Of a DNA stretch of 64,000 nt, positions 33,031 through 45,495 are shown piece by piece. The DNA lies in NCBI GenBank assembly GCA_016906335.1, contig JADEYG010000007.1, forward strand, positions 1 to 64,000, given 5' to 3'. The notes under the pieces were generated by a model. That model ran no database searches. It was not told where the DNA came from and saw only the letters and a list, made by a program, of their open reading frames with translations. Both the position numbers and the translations under genes were made by a program. Positions within the stretch are counted from its first letter, which is position 1, and every line of letters begins with the position of its first letter. This DNA is from Novakomyces olei. Lineage: Eukaryota.

Positions 33031-35156
33031 GCTGCTCTTCCTAGTGCTTGTCTACATAATATTTATGCACGACTAATTTGGCTAATTTGGTCTGATTGCA
33101 CGCGTCTTTACACTTCACAGCTTTGTTGAAAATTCGTAATCTAACTATGAATTAAGATGATAGTTAGTAATTCTCATGCCTCAATTATTTTTGAGCAGCT
33201 CTTTCTCTATCCACCCTACTTTGCTCGTACACTAGTGTGATGGAGTACACAGATCGTATACTGCATATGTGGGAACTTCAATTAGCATTTCAAGGGTCGG
33301 TTTCGCCCACTACGATGGTGATCGCGGCAAAATCGCAAAATCGCAAAGTCGTAAAATCGCAAAATTTTTTAAGTTCTATAGATCCAACCCATCATAGGAA
33401 GCCTTATATTCTTGCACTAGAGTAGAGGGGCACCACTAGAGGATTTGTATGATGTGAAAATAATAAACACATCTGTACGCCTTTAGAAGGCAATATCGGA
33501 CCTCAGCGGACCGGCCGAAACTTATCGGAGATGGCACACAACGCCTGGTGCTGAACACTCCACCCCATTCTTTTCTCCGATGTTCATGAGCATTGGGCCC
33601 GAAAATCTTCGGCTCTGCCCATAATTGATGGATTAGTTTACGTCATGGCGTCTTATCGCCGAAATACGACGTATCTTTTCGAAGTCCATAAGAATACACA
33701 CGCGGAATTTATTTGTTCTTCGCTTAATTTACTTTAAAGTAATAATCTGTCAGAATTTTACAAATATCGATTAATCCTACACAGCTACAATCTGATTATG
33801 TCAGAGACAGTCAAAGTCAGCATCCCAAATATTGCGTGGAAGACCGCAGCCGATATCCACTTTCCACCCAATTTTGACGAATTAGAAACTCTCGATTGCT
33901 TTAGCTGAATCCCCCAAGTGATATGAGGGTTCGCTTGAGGTATATATATGTAGCTATGTATTTCTGAGTGAGGTTCTGCTAAGCTAAAAGTCAAACAACT
34001 GACACTCATGGTAAAGTTGTCTTAGCCGGCCAGTGAGTCGGCGAGTGTATTATTATAAGGGAATAATAGATCCATATTTCAACACTTTAAAATACCATAC
34101 ATTATTATATAAAGTTTACGTTGATTATTGTTGAGAAGTTGACTCTTAACTTATATTTAACTCTATTATTTGAAATAAATCACTTTACATGAATAATTCT
34201 GTCTCTACTTTATTTACTGGAGTCTCCTCTAATTTTTACATTCTGTCTTTACCAGACCTATTATTGAATAATATACATATATCCCTGGCAGCGCCTCTGA
34301 GCCTTGGGGGACCTTTAACATTCTTTTCTGCAGTCAGATAGTTAATATCAACCGTTCGAACTTCAATATAACTTTAAATAATTCAACAGTATATATATAT
34401 ATTGCACACATGCCCTCATGCACACGCACACATATGTATATACGTATTTTTATGCACACACACACATATATATGCATGCATATTAATATACACACGTATA
34501 TTAATATGCGTGTATTATATACACTCGTATATACACGCGTATAAAACAGGCGTATTAAGCACATAAGTTTAAATGCACCTACCGTTACTGTCAGACAGGA
34601 TATGGCCAGAGCACATTACCAATTGCACTGTAATCTCGCGGGGCTTGGGCAGCAATTACACGCTCCCACAGACAGTGCTTTGTCATCATGGATTATCTAT
34701 CAGATTGTACAACTGCCGCACCGCAGCGCCGGAGCCGCTAAACAGTTATTACGTGGCAGTCATTATTACCCGTTTAGGAAGGTGTCCAGCCCTTTGTATA
34801 TTAGACGCGTCGATAAGGCGCGTTAGCGCGTCAAAGGGACGGTAATTCGTTATCGCCGCTGGGAACAGGGCGCGGGCACGCGCAGAATGACCAGCCGACG
34901 CGCTAAATTTCCGGCTGTCCAAAATGAGTATATAAAAGATGGCCGAACGCGCCTGACACTGCTATCTTTATTCTCAGTGTCGCTGACAAAATTTTGGACT
35001 AATTTCGCGCACTTTGTTTGTTCATTGATTCCTTCTCTGTACTTCTTTATTGTCGCCTTTATATTCTGACGTGATTGTTGTTTGACGCGGACTTTGGCCG
35101 CTCAGGTTATTGTCTACTTAATTGTCTCTCCTTATTTTCTCTTATTCGCTAGAACA

Positions 35157-36710
35157 ATGCTGTTGCTGCTCCTACTTCTCTCCCTCGTCAGTTCGGCAAT
35201 AAAGGCAGAAATGCTTCGCGGAGTCAATATCGGGGGATGGCTCGTGCTGGAAAAATGGATGACTCCCTCCCTATTCTCCCAGTTTGGCACGTCTAACGTT
35301 CCCGACGAATGGTCTTTTTGCTCGGCTCTCGGACCAGACGGAGCCAAATCACAACTACAGTCACATTGGGCGTCGTTTTTCACGGAGGCCGATGTTGTCA
35401 GCCTTAAAGCCACGGGCATAAACACTCTGCGAATCCCGATTGGCTACTGGGCCTTCAAGACTTATGACAACGAGCCTTACGTGTCGGGAGCTGCCGACTA
35501 CCTGGACCAAGCACTACAGTGGTGCCGGACCCACGGGCTCCAAGTTTGGGTCGATCTGCATGGCGCGCCAGGGTCACAAAACGGATTCGACAATTCTGGG
35601 CAAGAAGGAGATGTGCAGTGGCAGACTGCAGACAATCTGGGCCGTACGTACGAAGTACTGTTGCTTATGGCTCAGCGTTACGGAGGCAGTGACCTGGCTG
35701 ATGTCGTCATCGGCTTTGAGCTGGTCAACGAACCTATTTCGTGGGGCAACAACGACATTAGCGTCACTAGGCAATTCTACACGAACGCGGGAGCGGCCGT
35801 CCGCTCCGCTTTTGGCAACAAGAATCTGCAAGTAGTGCTGCACGACTCCTTTATCGGACCCGACCAGTTTACGAACTATGCGCGTGGCGATAGGGCCGTG
35901 GGCGTGGACGCACATATTTACCAGCTGTATACGGACAGCGATAACGCCCTTGACCAGTCTGGGCATATCTCCAAGGTATGTGGGATGGCACCCATGCTGT
36001 CACAAACGAATGCTCAACTGCCGGTTTATGTGGGCGAGTGGACAGCCTCGACTAACGTCTGTGGCGACGAGTCTGGGAATACTTGGCCGGGCACTTCCTG
36101 CTCAAGTGCCGGCTGCTCTTGCGTCACTGACGATTATTCAAAATGGTCGGGCGCTTTACTGCAGCAGATTAGGCGGTACATGGAAGCCCAGCTGGATGTA
36201 TGGGAGTCCAGTACTTCGGGTTATTTTTATTGGAATTTCAAGACTGAATCTGTCAACCCGTGGAACTTTCTCGAGGGCACAAAGCGCGGGTGGATTCCGA
36301 ATCCGGTCACTGAACGCTTTTATCCTGGACAATGTGGATCAGTTCCTTCTCCCACACAAGCCGGAGATAACTCGGGCGATAACAACGGCAACGCTGAACA
36401 GTCGCCGTCAAGTTCTCAGAGCCAGCCTACTCCACAGGCTCAACAGCCGACTCAACAGCCGACTTCTCAGCCGGCTCCTCAACCGGAACAATCGGCACAA
36501 CCGGCAGATTCACAATCTTATTCTCTCACGATCAATCTCACCTCCCCTACTGCCGTTGCCACGGACGCTTACACTGTTACTACTATGGAAACGGTATACC
36601 GACGACAGGCAGTGGAAACTTCCGGCAGTGGTTCGGCGCCTGCAAGTTTTGCTACGGCGGCGCCCACGTTAGCCCCGCGCCGTGTGAAACGTGGCCAGCT
36701 TGGCCGTTAA
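35157..36710 (+). CDS. Secreted GH5 exo-beta-1,3-glucanase (EXG1-like) with S/T/Q/P-rich tail
   Basis: Signal peptide, RGVNIGGWLVLE, RIPIGYW, DLHGAPGSQNGFDNSG, NEP, GEW. Confidence 0.92.
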   Translation: MLLLLLLLSLVSSAIKAEMLRGVNIGGWLVLEKWMTPSLFSQFGTSNVPDEWSFCSALGPDGAKSQLQSHWASFFTEADVVSLKATGINTLRIPIGYWAFKTYDNEPYVSGAADYLDQALQWCRTHGLQVWVDLHGAPGSQNGFDNSGQEGDVQWQTADNLGRTYEVLLLMAQRYGGSDLADVVIGFELVNEPISWGNNDISVTRQFYTNAGAAVRSAFGNKNLQVVLHDSFIGPDQFTNYARGDRAVGVDAHIYQLYTDSDNALDQSGHISKVCGMAPMLSQTNAQLPVYVGEWTASTNVCGDESGNTWPGTSCSSAGCSCVTDDYSKWSGALLQQIRRYMEAQLDVWESSTSGYFYWNFKTESVNPWNFLEGTKRGWIPNPVTERFYPGQCGSVPSPTQAGDNSGDNNGNAEQSPSSSQSQPTPQAQQPTQQPTSQPAPQPEQSAQPADSQSYSLTINLTSPTAVATDAYTVTTMETVYRRQAVETSGSGSAPASFATAAPTLAPRRVKRGQLGR

Positions 36711-36990
36711 ATGCATATACATATACATATACATATAATACCCCCTTTTGTTTGAATTTTGGAGATACGCGTGTGGGATGTTTGCATAAAATCAGAATTG
36801 CACAGAAATGAATTTGTTTTCATAACATATCTACAAAACAATAGACTTTAGTAATCGTTTCTTCTTTCGAATTTTGACAAATCTAAATACAAATTATGAT
36901 GAAAAATATTGACAATTGTATGCTCCACAGGCGCACTTTTCCATATTATAATCTAATAATACCAATGTCAATCAATTAATTTAAGTTCTC

Positions 36991-38520
36991 TCAGCCTTCT
37001 AGCAGTTTCAGAGCCAATGCCTCTTAATCTGCAATTGAATCCAGTTTGGGGACTTGCAGCACTCTAGAATCATCTTGCACAGGTTCCGTTTCAAACCATT
37101 TTTGAGCTCTTTTCTGAGGCCGATTTGTTTCCCGTTCTTCATCGTCCTTATCGGTACTTTTCTCAGAATTGTGACCTACTAGGTCAACAGAATCTCCCTG
37201 CTCATGTTAATCATCAGAATTTCGGGTAGGAAGAGCTTCCAATCGCCTTTGACGCTTGTCTTTTCGTTTGGCTTTAGCCTCAGACTTGTCAAGCAAGTCT
37301 TGAGAGGCCAATGCTTCTCGTTCACTCTCCACAAAGTTACGAATTTGCTAAGCCTTATCGCCTTCCTGACCAAAACTGGCCTCGTCTTTAAGCTCGTACA
37401 CAGAGCGTGGATTTCTTTGCCCATCAAAGACGAATTTCTCCGGCCGCAACCCATGCCGAAGCGATTTTTTCTCGGATACTGCTTCCGTCTGCTTCGTTTT
37501 GATAGCTTATCCAATGGAACTCCAGAGAAAGTTTCTGCCTCGTCTCATTCGTTGTTCTTTAATTCATGATCAGTTCGATTGAGCTTTATAAAGTCTTCTT
37601 CTTCATCAGCCCCGTCTTCGCTCCCGCCCGCAAGTCAGATCTATGCATAAGTGAACGCTGCAACAGACTTTCCCTATGATCAGAATAAATATCATTGTTT
37701 TGTCTGGCCGTCAGTTTGTCAAATCCAGTCTTTGCGCAGTCTCTAGTCTTCTCGACTTTGTCTTGGCCAAAACATCGGTAGAATCTTGCAGCCGCCCGTC
37801 TTCATTTCGCTTGATTCCTCCAAGTCTTGATTAGCTCGAACTTTAAGGGGAGCAGTTTTAGATTTGCCCAATTTAACGGAGGGCGCAATGGGAAGACTTA
37901 AAGATTTTGCAAAATCGTCCAATGGAAGCTCATCAAATTTTAATACTCCTTTATCTGGCTGTACACCCATAGAGCGGGCATAAGAGATGAAAGCCTAGTG
38001 ATTCCATAGCAAGTATATAGAAGAATATAAAATACATTGAGATATCTGCAGAAAATATAAATGAATAAAGACAATAATAAAAAATAAAATAAATTTATAT
38101 ATAAAATCGAAAAAATTGATTATGCAAAATTAAACACATAAATGATAATTCATGCGTATTTAAATGTGCATTTAAACCAACAAAAAAATAACTTTTGTCT
38201 AATAAACTTCAGCTCTGGGTCCTTGAAGCTCAAGCGCTGCAGCTGAGCCTTGATACTTTGCTGCTTGGACGGCTCTACTACCAGTTTATCAATGGGTACT
38301 CTCTTTGACTCTAATTTTCCATAAACTCCGATTCTGAAGGCAACAAAAGCAGTAGAGCCTTGCCGGCACGATCAGACTGTGCAGTGCGACCCACATGGTG
38401 AATGTAGGTGTCCGCATCTTCCGAAGTATCTACCTGTAAAACCTCATCATAATTGCAAAAGTCCAGTCCTCTTGCAGCCACGTCTGTACAAAAAAGAAAA
38501 GCATCCTTTGACCGTACTAA
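36991..38520 (-). pseudogene. DBP4: 5'-truncated DEAD-box helicase DBP4 pseudogene
   Basis: [36 protein letters not shown], terminal EALALKLL; multiple stops/frameshifts and an AT-rich interruption. Confidence 0.72.
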
Positions 38521-38695
38521 TCGCACAAGAGATAATGAGAATAATAATAAAATAAATAAAATGAAAATTTTGATTCGACAGCTCAACCTGCACCTGTTTG
38601 CTACAGTGCTCTCAACAGTGCTGGCTTCCGTCTTATGATATTGGGGCCGACTCACCTATCCCACGAGTCTTCAAGTCTGGGTTCAGCGGGAGTGG

Positions 38696-38928
38696 TTATA
38701 GAACTCAAACTTATATTAGGTTTAGGGTTTTCTAGGGTTTGCTAGGGTTAGTTTGGTAAACCTGGATTGGTTGAAGCAAGAATACACATATATAACCTAC
38801 ATAGCCTATCTATTGTTTAGTCGGATTCATTCTTTTCTTGTAGGCTATGTAGGCTATATATGTGTATACTAACTAACCCTAACAAACCCTAGCAAACCCT
38901 AAGCCTAGTCTAAGTTTGGGTTCTATAA
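38696..38928. mobile_element. MITE-like foldback element with telomere-like repeats in its arms
   Basis: TTATAGAACTCAAACTTA...TAGGGTTAGTT is mirrored by AACTAACCCTA...TAAGTTTGGGTTCTATAA; a second inner inverted repeat is present; TA at the ends. Confidence 0.72.
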
Positions 38929-39216
38929 TATACTATCCGAGTTAACAAATCCAACGTTTCGTCGAAATGTCGCTAGGCGTAATTGAGAATTCCTATACTC
39001 AGATTCATGATTATAATAATTCATTGCTAAGATACTTTGCTATGCTATATAGAGCAAGTTCAGCTCCCATTCCGTACTTCCGTTATCTATTTTCTTGAAA
39101 TTTTCGACATAGATAGGCTTCGATTTACCGTAATGTTGAACCGGCTGAAGGCTGAGAGTGCGATAACAGTTAGTTTAATATTCAATAGAACACGGCGTTT
39201 CAAGCCACAGCCATAC

Positions 39217-40059
39217 TTAGTGACCGGTAGCTAATTCTGAGAAAAACTGATGCAACGATCTCGGTTCGCGGCAAAGGATTGCGCGTAGCGTCAGCGAATT
39301 GCCAAGCAGGCCGACGTCATCATAATGAGCGAACATCTTTTTAATTGGTAGAGGGACTTCGCCGATTCCATTTGGATCGACCTTTTCGGCTTTTATTTTA
39401 CGTCCGGCAACTTGCCCAATAATTTCGGCTACATCGTAACGATTTAGCCACCCATCAGCAGCAAGCTCAAATGTGCCGTTTAATAAACGATTTTCAGTGA
39501 GCGCAATTGCCGCAATCTCGGCCACATCGCGATAATCAACGCGGCTGAAGCGAGTCTTGTTCGACCATGGTTCAGCTAGCACGCCGGTACTGACAACTTT
39601 ATCCCATGATGCCGAGTAGTTCTGATAGTAGAGAGCAGGATGAAGAAAAGTGTATTCAATGCCAGTATTAAGTATAGCCTCCTCAACCGTGGCCTTGGCA
39701 GCGTGATTGGCCAACCCGGTGATTATGGGATGAATTACCGATGAGAAAACGATACGTTTGACACCAGCTTTCACAGCAGTTTCGACAAATTCGACACCAA
39801 TGTCGGCTTCATTGGGAATAAAAGCCGGTGCAATGTAAAACACACGCTCGATCCCCTTTAAGGCCTGAGCTACGCTCGAGATATCCGTCAAGTCCCCGAC
39901 AACGGCTTCTGCACCGAGCTGCTTGACCTTTTGCACTTCTGCAAAATCGCGTACAAGACCACACACGAGCGCACCACGTTCTACGAGGTACGGAACGACA
40001 AAATGAGCTACTTTTCCAGCCGCGCCAACAACCAGCACTTTCGGACTTGTGGTGGCCAT
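39217..40059 (-). CDS. NmrA-like NAD(P)-binding protein (atypical SDR)
   Basis: VLVVGAAGKVA, GDL, AGVKRIVFSSV, H..K..VE, VDYRDVAEIAA; intronless. Confidence 0.88.
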   Translation of the reverse strand: MATTSPKVLVVGAAGKVAHFVVPYLVERGALVCGLVRDFAEVQKVKQLGAEAVVGDLTDISSVAQALKGIERVFYIAPAFIPNEADIGVEFVETAVKAGVKRIVFSSVIHPIITGLANHAAKATVEEAILNTGIEYTFLHPALYYQNYSASWDKVVSTGVLAEPWSNKTRFSRVDYRDVAEIAAIALTENRLLNGTFELAADGWLNRYDVAEIIGQVAGRKIKAEKVDPNGIGEVPLPIKKMFAHYDDVGLLGNSLTLRAILCREPRSLHQFFSELATGH

Positions 40060-40625
40060 AATTTCAAGTTGATGTCATGTTTTTTGACAAGGAGATCACT
40101 CAAATGCTCTCATGAATATCGGAGACCGGAGCTCCGAAGCTTGCATAAGAATTTAAAATCTCGGACTTATAATTCCGCTGATCGCCGATCCGAGCCCTGC
40201 CTACTATCTAATCATTCGTCGGTTCTCCCTATTATCACCTATCCTATCTTGTTTGATACGAAATTTAGTCTCACCTATGTCATTTGTTAAAATTATTAAT
40301 GTAAATATATCATTGAATAGATTGTTCGAACGGTTAGCCTTCTGACGTCTTTTTCGTTTGTATTTAGCTGTAATTCCCGAATCCTTCTAATCCTTATACC
40401 TCTCCCATACATTAACTTTTCGTATTTAGTTGTAATTTCTAATTTTGCAGCTAAATTCGGGACGAGATATTACTTAGAAGTTCCAATGTATTATCATTCT
40501 TGTACACCAGGCTTTCATATTACGGCGCAAATTCCTATCTTTAGGGTTTAAGACTTAATCTCCAATCTCCAGACAAATCGCAATATAAACGTACAGACTT
40601 GCCATGAGTTATCTTTTTTGGCGCC

Positions 40626-41471
40626 ATGAATTTAGCACGAGGCGATTATCTGCGGTCGCCTCAAAGGCTGCAGGAGCCTAAAGAGTCGGAGTACGATTTG
40701 TCTGCAACGTCCTGGCCGTCTGAAGGCTCTGCAAAATTATTTTCAAAAGACAGCATGTTTCTCGCAAGAGTACCTATCGATTTTGCTGATCGTGGGGGCG
40801 TCGATGCTTCTTATTTATACGCGGTTGCTCGATTTCTGATTGTCAATTTCCCTCCAAGTGCGCAAGATGGTGGACTTATCTTTTTAACGGATGGCTCTAC
40901 CCTACAAATGGATGGGCCTCTGGTCAAGGGCAGCTATTCGATAAGCATTTTGTATAGCGATATTGTGCATCGTGCAGGTCCGCAGGGCAAATCAAGGAGC
41001 AAGAACTTCAATGAAAGTTCTTCTTTATCGACAGTGAGCAGATCTTCAAGATCTTCCGCGAGACAGTCAAAGTTTCGCGAGCAACTACTTCTTCGGGACC
41101 ATGGGTGCATTTTGACAAAGAGTGTGGTGAGCACTGCGATCTTAGCTTGTCATATTGTACCCTATAGCCTCGGTCAAGACTATCTTGATTCTCTCAGTGA
41201 TGGTGCAGTGGGCCTATTCACTCCATCCAATGGTCTGACACTAGAACGAACTCTACATGTCGAATTCGATCGGTACGATATCGGATTTTATCTCATTGGC
41301 AAAAATAAATATGTTGTTCATGTATTTGGCCTCGCTTTCCATGAACTGCATGGGCGCAAAATTGACTTCAACAGTAGTGTGGCAGATATATTACCTCCTC
41401 CTAATGAGGATTTAATGCGTTGGCATTATTGCCAATGTGTGCTCGCTCGCATGCGTGGTTTCGCAGTTTGA
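40626..41471 (+). CDS. HNH endonuclease-domain protein (HNH_2)
   Basis: FREQLLLRD.GCILT...ACHIVP...NGLTL...H..FD, P..DLMRWHY. Confidence 0.82.
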   Translation: MNLARGDYLRSPQRLQEPKESEYDLSATSWPSEGSAKLFSKDSMFLARVPIDFADRGGVDASYLYAVARFLIVNFPPSAQDGGLIFLTDGSTLQMDGPLVKGSYSISILYSDIVHRAGPQGKSRSKNFNESSSLSTVSRSSRSSARQSKFREQLLLRDHGCILTKSVVSTAILACHIVPYSLGQDYLDSLSDGAVGLFTPSNGLTLERTLHVEFDRYDIGFYLIGKNKYVVHVFGLAFHELHGRKIDFNSSVADILPPPNEDLMRWHYCQCVLARMRGFAV

Positions 41472-42346
41472 AACTTTCATAATGTGGTCTAAAGTTGCGC
41501 ATATCTCACCGCGTTCAAGGTATTTTACAAAAGGGGAACTCGCAATTTTGTGTAAAGCTTCTCGTACGATTTACTTAGCTAGCTGGCAAATGATGGCCAA
41601 TAGTGCAACATATACCCTCGACGAGGATAAGTTCGATGATGCAACGTTCTACCCGACAAGGCCGATTGAAACTATGGCAGTCACAGGCTAGCACTTTTGC
41701 TAATGAGCTGCTATTTATAAATAGGCACTTTAAACTATTTTATCCAAACAAACATGTGATCCTTAATGGACTCTGTTTTTTGGACGAAGTGTTCCTAAAC
41801 ATATAGAAGGCATAAAGTACGTCAGGTCCGTCACATAGAAAAAAACGATTGATATGATCAACGGATTCAATAAAGTTGTATTCTACAGTTCCGTAGACAC
41901 AAGCACGGTGTAAATCTAGCCGCCAAGTCATTCCAAATTGATTTGGTCCTCACCAATAAGCCTAAATTAATGTGTACCTCCACAATTTTCAGTCCATGTC
42001 AAGAGGTGGCAGCTGGTCCGAGACCTTGCAAGGGAAACTACAATAAACGTCACAAATACTCATACGAGACAGTCGCCTTCCCTCATTTATGAGCATCGAC
42101 CGAGCGCAAAATTAGCCCTGGACCATCAACCTAGGTTGCTCCCCTGCAGTGGAGACAGGGGTAAGCAAAGAGGAGGTTTTTCCGGTTCTTGGAATCATAA
42201 GAGATGAGGTTTCAAGAGAGCGAAGCGCCCTTGCTTTACACCCTGGTATATGGTTATCATATATTTTCCAATGGCTCTAAAGTTAAAAAAAGTTTTCAAG
42301 ATTATTGAAAGTTAGTCTTACTTTTGGCTACGATTATCCTCGTAAT

Positions 42347-43146
42347 TCACACCACAAACCGCCGAAAACGGGCCATTAGACACTGTGAATAATGCCATGC
42401 CAACAGATGTTCGCTAGGAGGTATGTATGGATCACCAGGCTGAACGCTGAAATCCACGACTTTTCCGTGAAATTGACGAAGAAACAGCCCAAAGCAATGA
42501 AGCATATACATGTGTGACGCGATTCGATAATACCCCAAGAGATATCTGTCATAATTAAAATGCGCATCTCTGCACATGAGCAATCCGTTAGACGGAGAAT
42601 ATAGTCCAGAATATTGCTGGCTTCCCATAATTTGGTCAAGATAATCGTCCCCCAAGCTGTATGGTACAATATGACAAGCGACAACAGAATTACGTCTTTT
42701 AGCTCCAGTCACAACACAATGATTATCAAGTAAAAGTAGGTCTTCGCGAAAATGTGTTTGCATTGTAGATGAGCGAGAAGATCTGCTCACTGTGGATGTA
42801 GAATCAGAATCGCAGTATAGTTTATGAACGGATTTGCCCTGGGGACCGGGAAGATGTTTAATTTCGTCGAACTGCATTTCGATCATATACATCCCTGGAG
42901 CGATGGTTTTGTCTGGGTTTGAGGCTTGGCCATCCCTATAAATGATATCTGTTTCACCAAAATTAGCGACCAAAAGGCGGACGACATGGCATCGTAGAGA
43001 TACGACACTGTATTCACAGGACGAGCACCTGCAGTTGTGAACGCAATTGGAACTGCTGCGAGAGCCTCTCCATCTTTTGCTGTAATCTGTGCAACGCCTT
43101 CCACCACCCAGTTTGTCGCACTAGGCTCGTTCGTGTTGCTCTTCAT
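42347..43146 (-). pseudogene. Paralogous HNH endonuclease protein with frameshift near 42990
   Basis: ORFs 42883-43146 and 42347-42973 together align with 40626-41471 (GPQGKS, STVSRSSRSS, ACHIVPYSLG, SNGL, WHY.QC). Confidence 0.78.
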
Positions 43147-43932
43147 GGCACAGCGAAATGAGTGCGCGCAAAGTGGAAAAGGCCCTCAAACCCATCGAAT
43201 GTGTTTAACCAACTATGCTCATATGATCTTCATTATACTGCTACTTAATAGCATAGCATTACTTGATTATTAAACTATATTGAAGAAAAGCAAACTTATC
43301 TTACCAAAAGCCATAAAATTGTTGAATAATTTTTGTATGAGATATTGATTTAGGTTCTCGGCGTACGGCGAGCAAAAAGTCTCCAATACTAAAAAATCAG
43401 CATAAACAGATTTGAATCACAGTTGTAGTCGTCGCCTTGAATTGTATAAGCTAATTTCTATTTGAGCGTTGTCTCCCCAAGGTAATTAATTCTAATTTAA
43501 TCAGCGGGCTGATGTTATTTACTTAAAGAAATAGGTGTCTATGTGCTACATAGTATGGACGACAGTTTTTAAAAAGACTTGTCTCAGCAGGGCCGACTGC
43601 TAAAGTCATAGAGCTGTCTAAGCTGGTGTTTTCTTCACACTAGCTGGCTATGTAAACGATTATATGGTCAGTCGGTTGCTGTAAATGTGCTCAAAAGATC
43701 ATGAAAATAGACCAAGTGCAATGAGGCTGGATACATGAAATTCATTCATTTTAGCATGATTAATGTTTTGAAGCAGCCATGTAGCCTCTTTACATCGCAG
43801 AATATCGCAAAAATAATTAAAATAAAAATAAAAAATAAAAAAGAGGAGAAAGTTTGTCCCTTCCATTCTTGCATACTAGTTTGAATATGTAAAACATATA
43901 TATTTATATATTTATTAATATATACTATGCAC

Positions 43933-45495
43933 TCATACAGAACGAGCTTTTGTAGGCTCGAATGGCATCAAAAGTGCAAAAAAGGCCAAGCATCCAATCA
44001 AGGCACCGCAAACCCAGATGGGTACGGCAGAACCAGATTGCGCTCCATAAAAGTAAACAACTGGGGCAAATGCACCGGAAATTCTGCATACTACAAGGGC
44101 CACAGCCACGCCTGTACCTCTGGCCTGAGAAGGAAGAACTTCAGGAGTATACGCGTAGAGGCAGCCATAATAAACGTTGACAAAGAAATAGGTTGCAGCA
44201 CCAAATCCAGCATCTCCAGCGGGTGTTCTCACCGTAGTATATCCAAATAAAATTGCCATGGCTGAGAGCGCACCGATACCCATTGCCCCTCGTCTTCCAA
44301 CTTTCGGAATAAAAATGAGAGCTGCAGCCAAAACCGGGCCAAAAATCCCAACAAAATTGGCAATACTAGCATTTCTATACACAAAGTAATTTGAAGAACC
44401 CGTGTCACCGCCTCTGTTGGCAATATAGATGTACAAAAAGTTGTAAAAAGTTGAGTAGGAAATACCAATAAACAGCCACGACATCAACACTAGAAAAGTA
44501 GACCAACCGACGATTCTGCTTTGGAAAAGAATCTTGAGATTCCGTTTTGTCACTCGCAAAATCTTCTTGTAGTCAAACCCGTTCTCTTTTGCGCTGTAAT
44601 ACTCTTGAGTTAGTTCGCCGCAATCCTTGAGCATTTCAACCGTCAGGGAGCATTTTCTGTTGTATTTCCTGGCAATAGCTTGGATGTTTGCCACGGCTTC
44701 CTCGTCCCTGCCTACAGAAACCAAAAATTTCGGAGTTTCGTCTAGTTTCAAGACAAATAGTCGCATTAAAGCCGCGCCCATCACTATACCCGAGTTAATA
44801 TACCAGGCATATCTCCATCCGCGATTTTCGTGAGATGGACAATTGTCAGCAGAGCCACAAGAGTTATTGGGGATAACGGCCCAGGAAATCAGATTGGCAA
44901 TAGTTTGACCAACACCCCACCATAAAGCCATAGCGGTGTTCATATATTGGTATTTGCTGGGCAAATATTCTAGGAAAACAGCCACATCCATGCAAATATT
45001 ACCCCCAGCACAAAAAGTAGACATAAACATAAAAATACAGTACGTGGCAAACGAGCCCATGCCGCCGGTAAAGAACCCCAGCGCAGCGCAAAGAAGTAGC
45101 GAAGTATTGAAAGCAATCTTCCTGCCAATCAGGTCTCCCGAAAACCCCCAAAAGACGGAGCCAGTGATAAGAGCAAAATAAAAAATTTCCGTGGCCCAAG
45201 GGTACGTCATACCAAACTGGTAGTTGATGTGCGTGTTGACAGATCCCTGAATCATTTCCATCTGCGAGTCGACCGAGTAGCCAAATCCAGCGATGCAAAA
45301 CAGCTTCAAGTGGTACCACGTGAACCCCACCTCGTCCAAGGCGTCGTTTATGAGACTCATTTTGCTAGAAAGAACTGGGTCCGACTCGACTTGAACCAAG
45401 TCATTGCCTTTGGATACGACGATGCCTTCTTCGATCAAGTTGGTGCGGTCAATAGACGACGTCAGCGCCGGATCAGCCTTCTCTTGTGCAGCCAT
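43933..45495 (-). CDS. MFS transporter (SV2/sugar-porter-like)
   Basis: About 12 TM segments, GDLIGRK, ETPKFL, KVGRR, YTPEVLP..ARGTG; intronless. Confidence 0.92.
   Translation of the reverse strand: MAAQEKADPALTSSIDRTNLIEEGIVVSKGNDLVQVESDPVLSSKMSLINDALDEVGFTWYHLKLFCIAGFGYSVDSQMEMIQGSVNTHINYQFGMTYPWATEIFYFALITGSVFWGFSGDLIGRKIAFNTSLLLCAALGFFTGGMGSFATYCIFMFMSTFCAGGNICMDVAVFLEYLPSKYQYMNTAMALWWGVGQTIANLISWAVIPNNSCGSADNCPSHENRGWRYAWYINSGIVMGAALMRLFVLKLDETPKFLVSVGRDEEAVANIQAIARKYNRKCSLTVEMLKDCGELTQEYYSAKENGFDYKKILRVTKRNLKILFQSRIVGWSTFLVLMSWLFIGISYSTFYNFLYIYIANRGGDTGSSNYFVYRNASIANFVGIFGPVLAAALIFIPKVGRRGAMGIGALSAMAILFGYTTVRTPAGDAGFGAATYFFVNVYYGCLYAYTPEVLPSQARGTGVAVALVVCRISGAFAPVVYFYGAQSGSAVPIWVCGALIGCLAFFALLMPFEPTKARSV

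Noticed and set aside
33328-33365. AAAATCGC x4 short tandem repeat as a transposon end
   Set aside because: No matching opposite end found in the window
34390-34560. TA/CA-rich tract with small ORF 34334-34564
   Set aside because: Low-complexity microsatellite-like sequence
35878-36672. 264-aa alternative-frame ORF inside the glucanase
   Set aside because: Shadow frame of a GC-rich gene with a repetitive tail; no motifs
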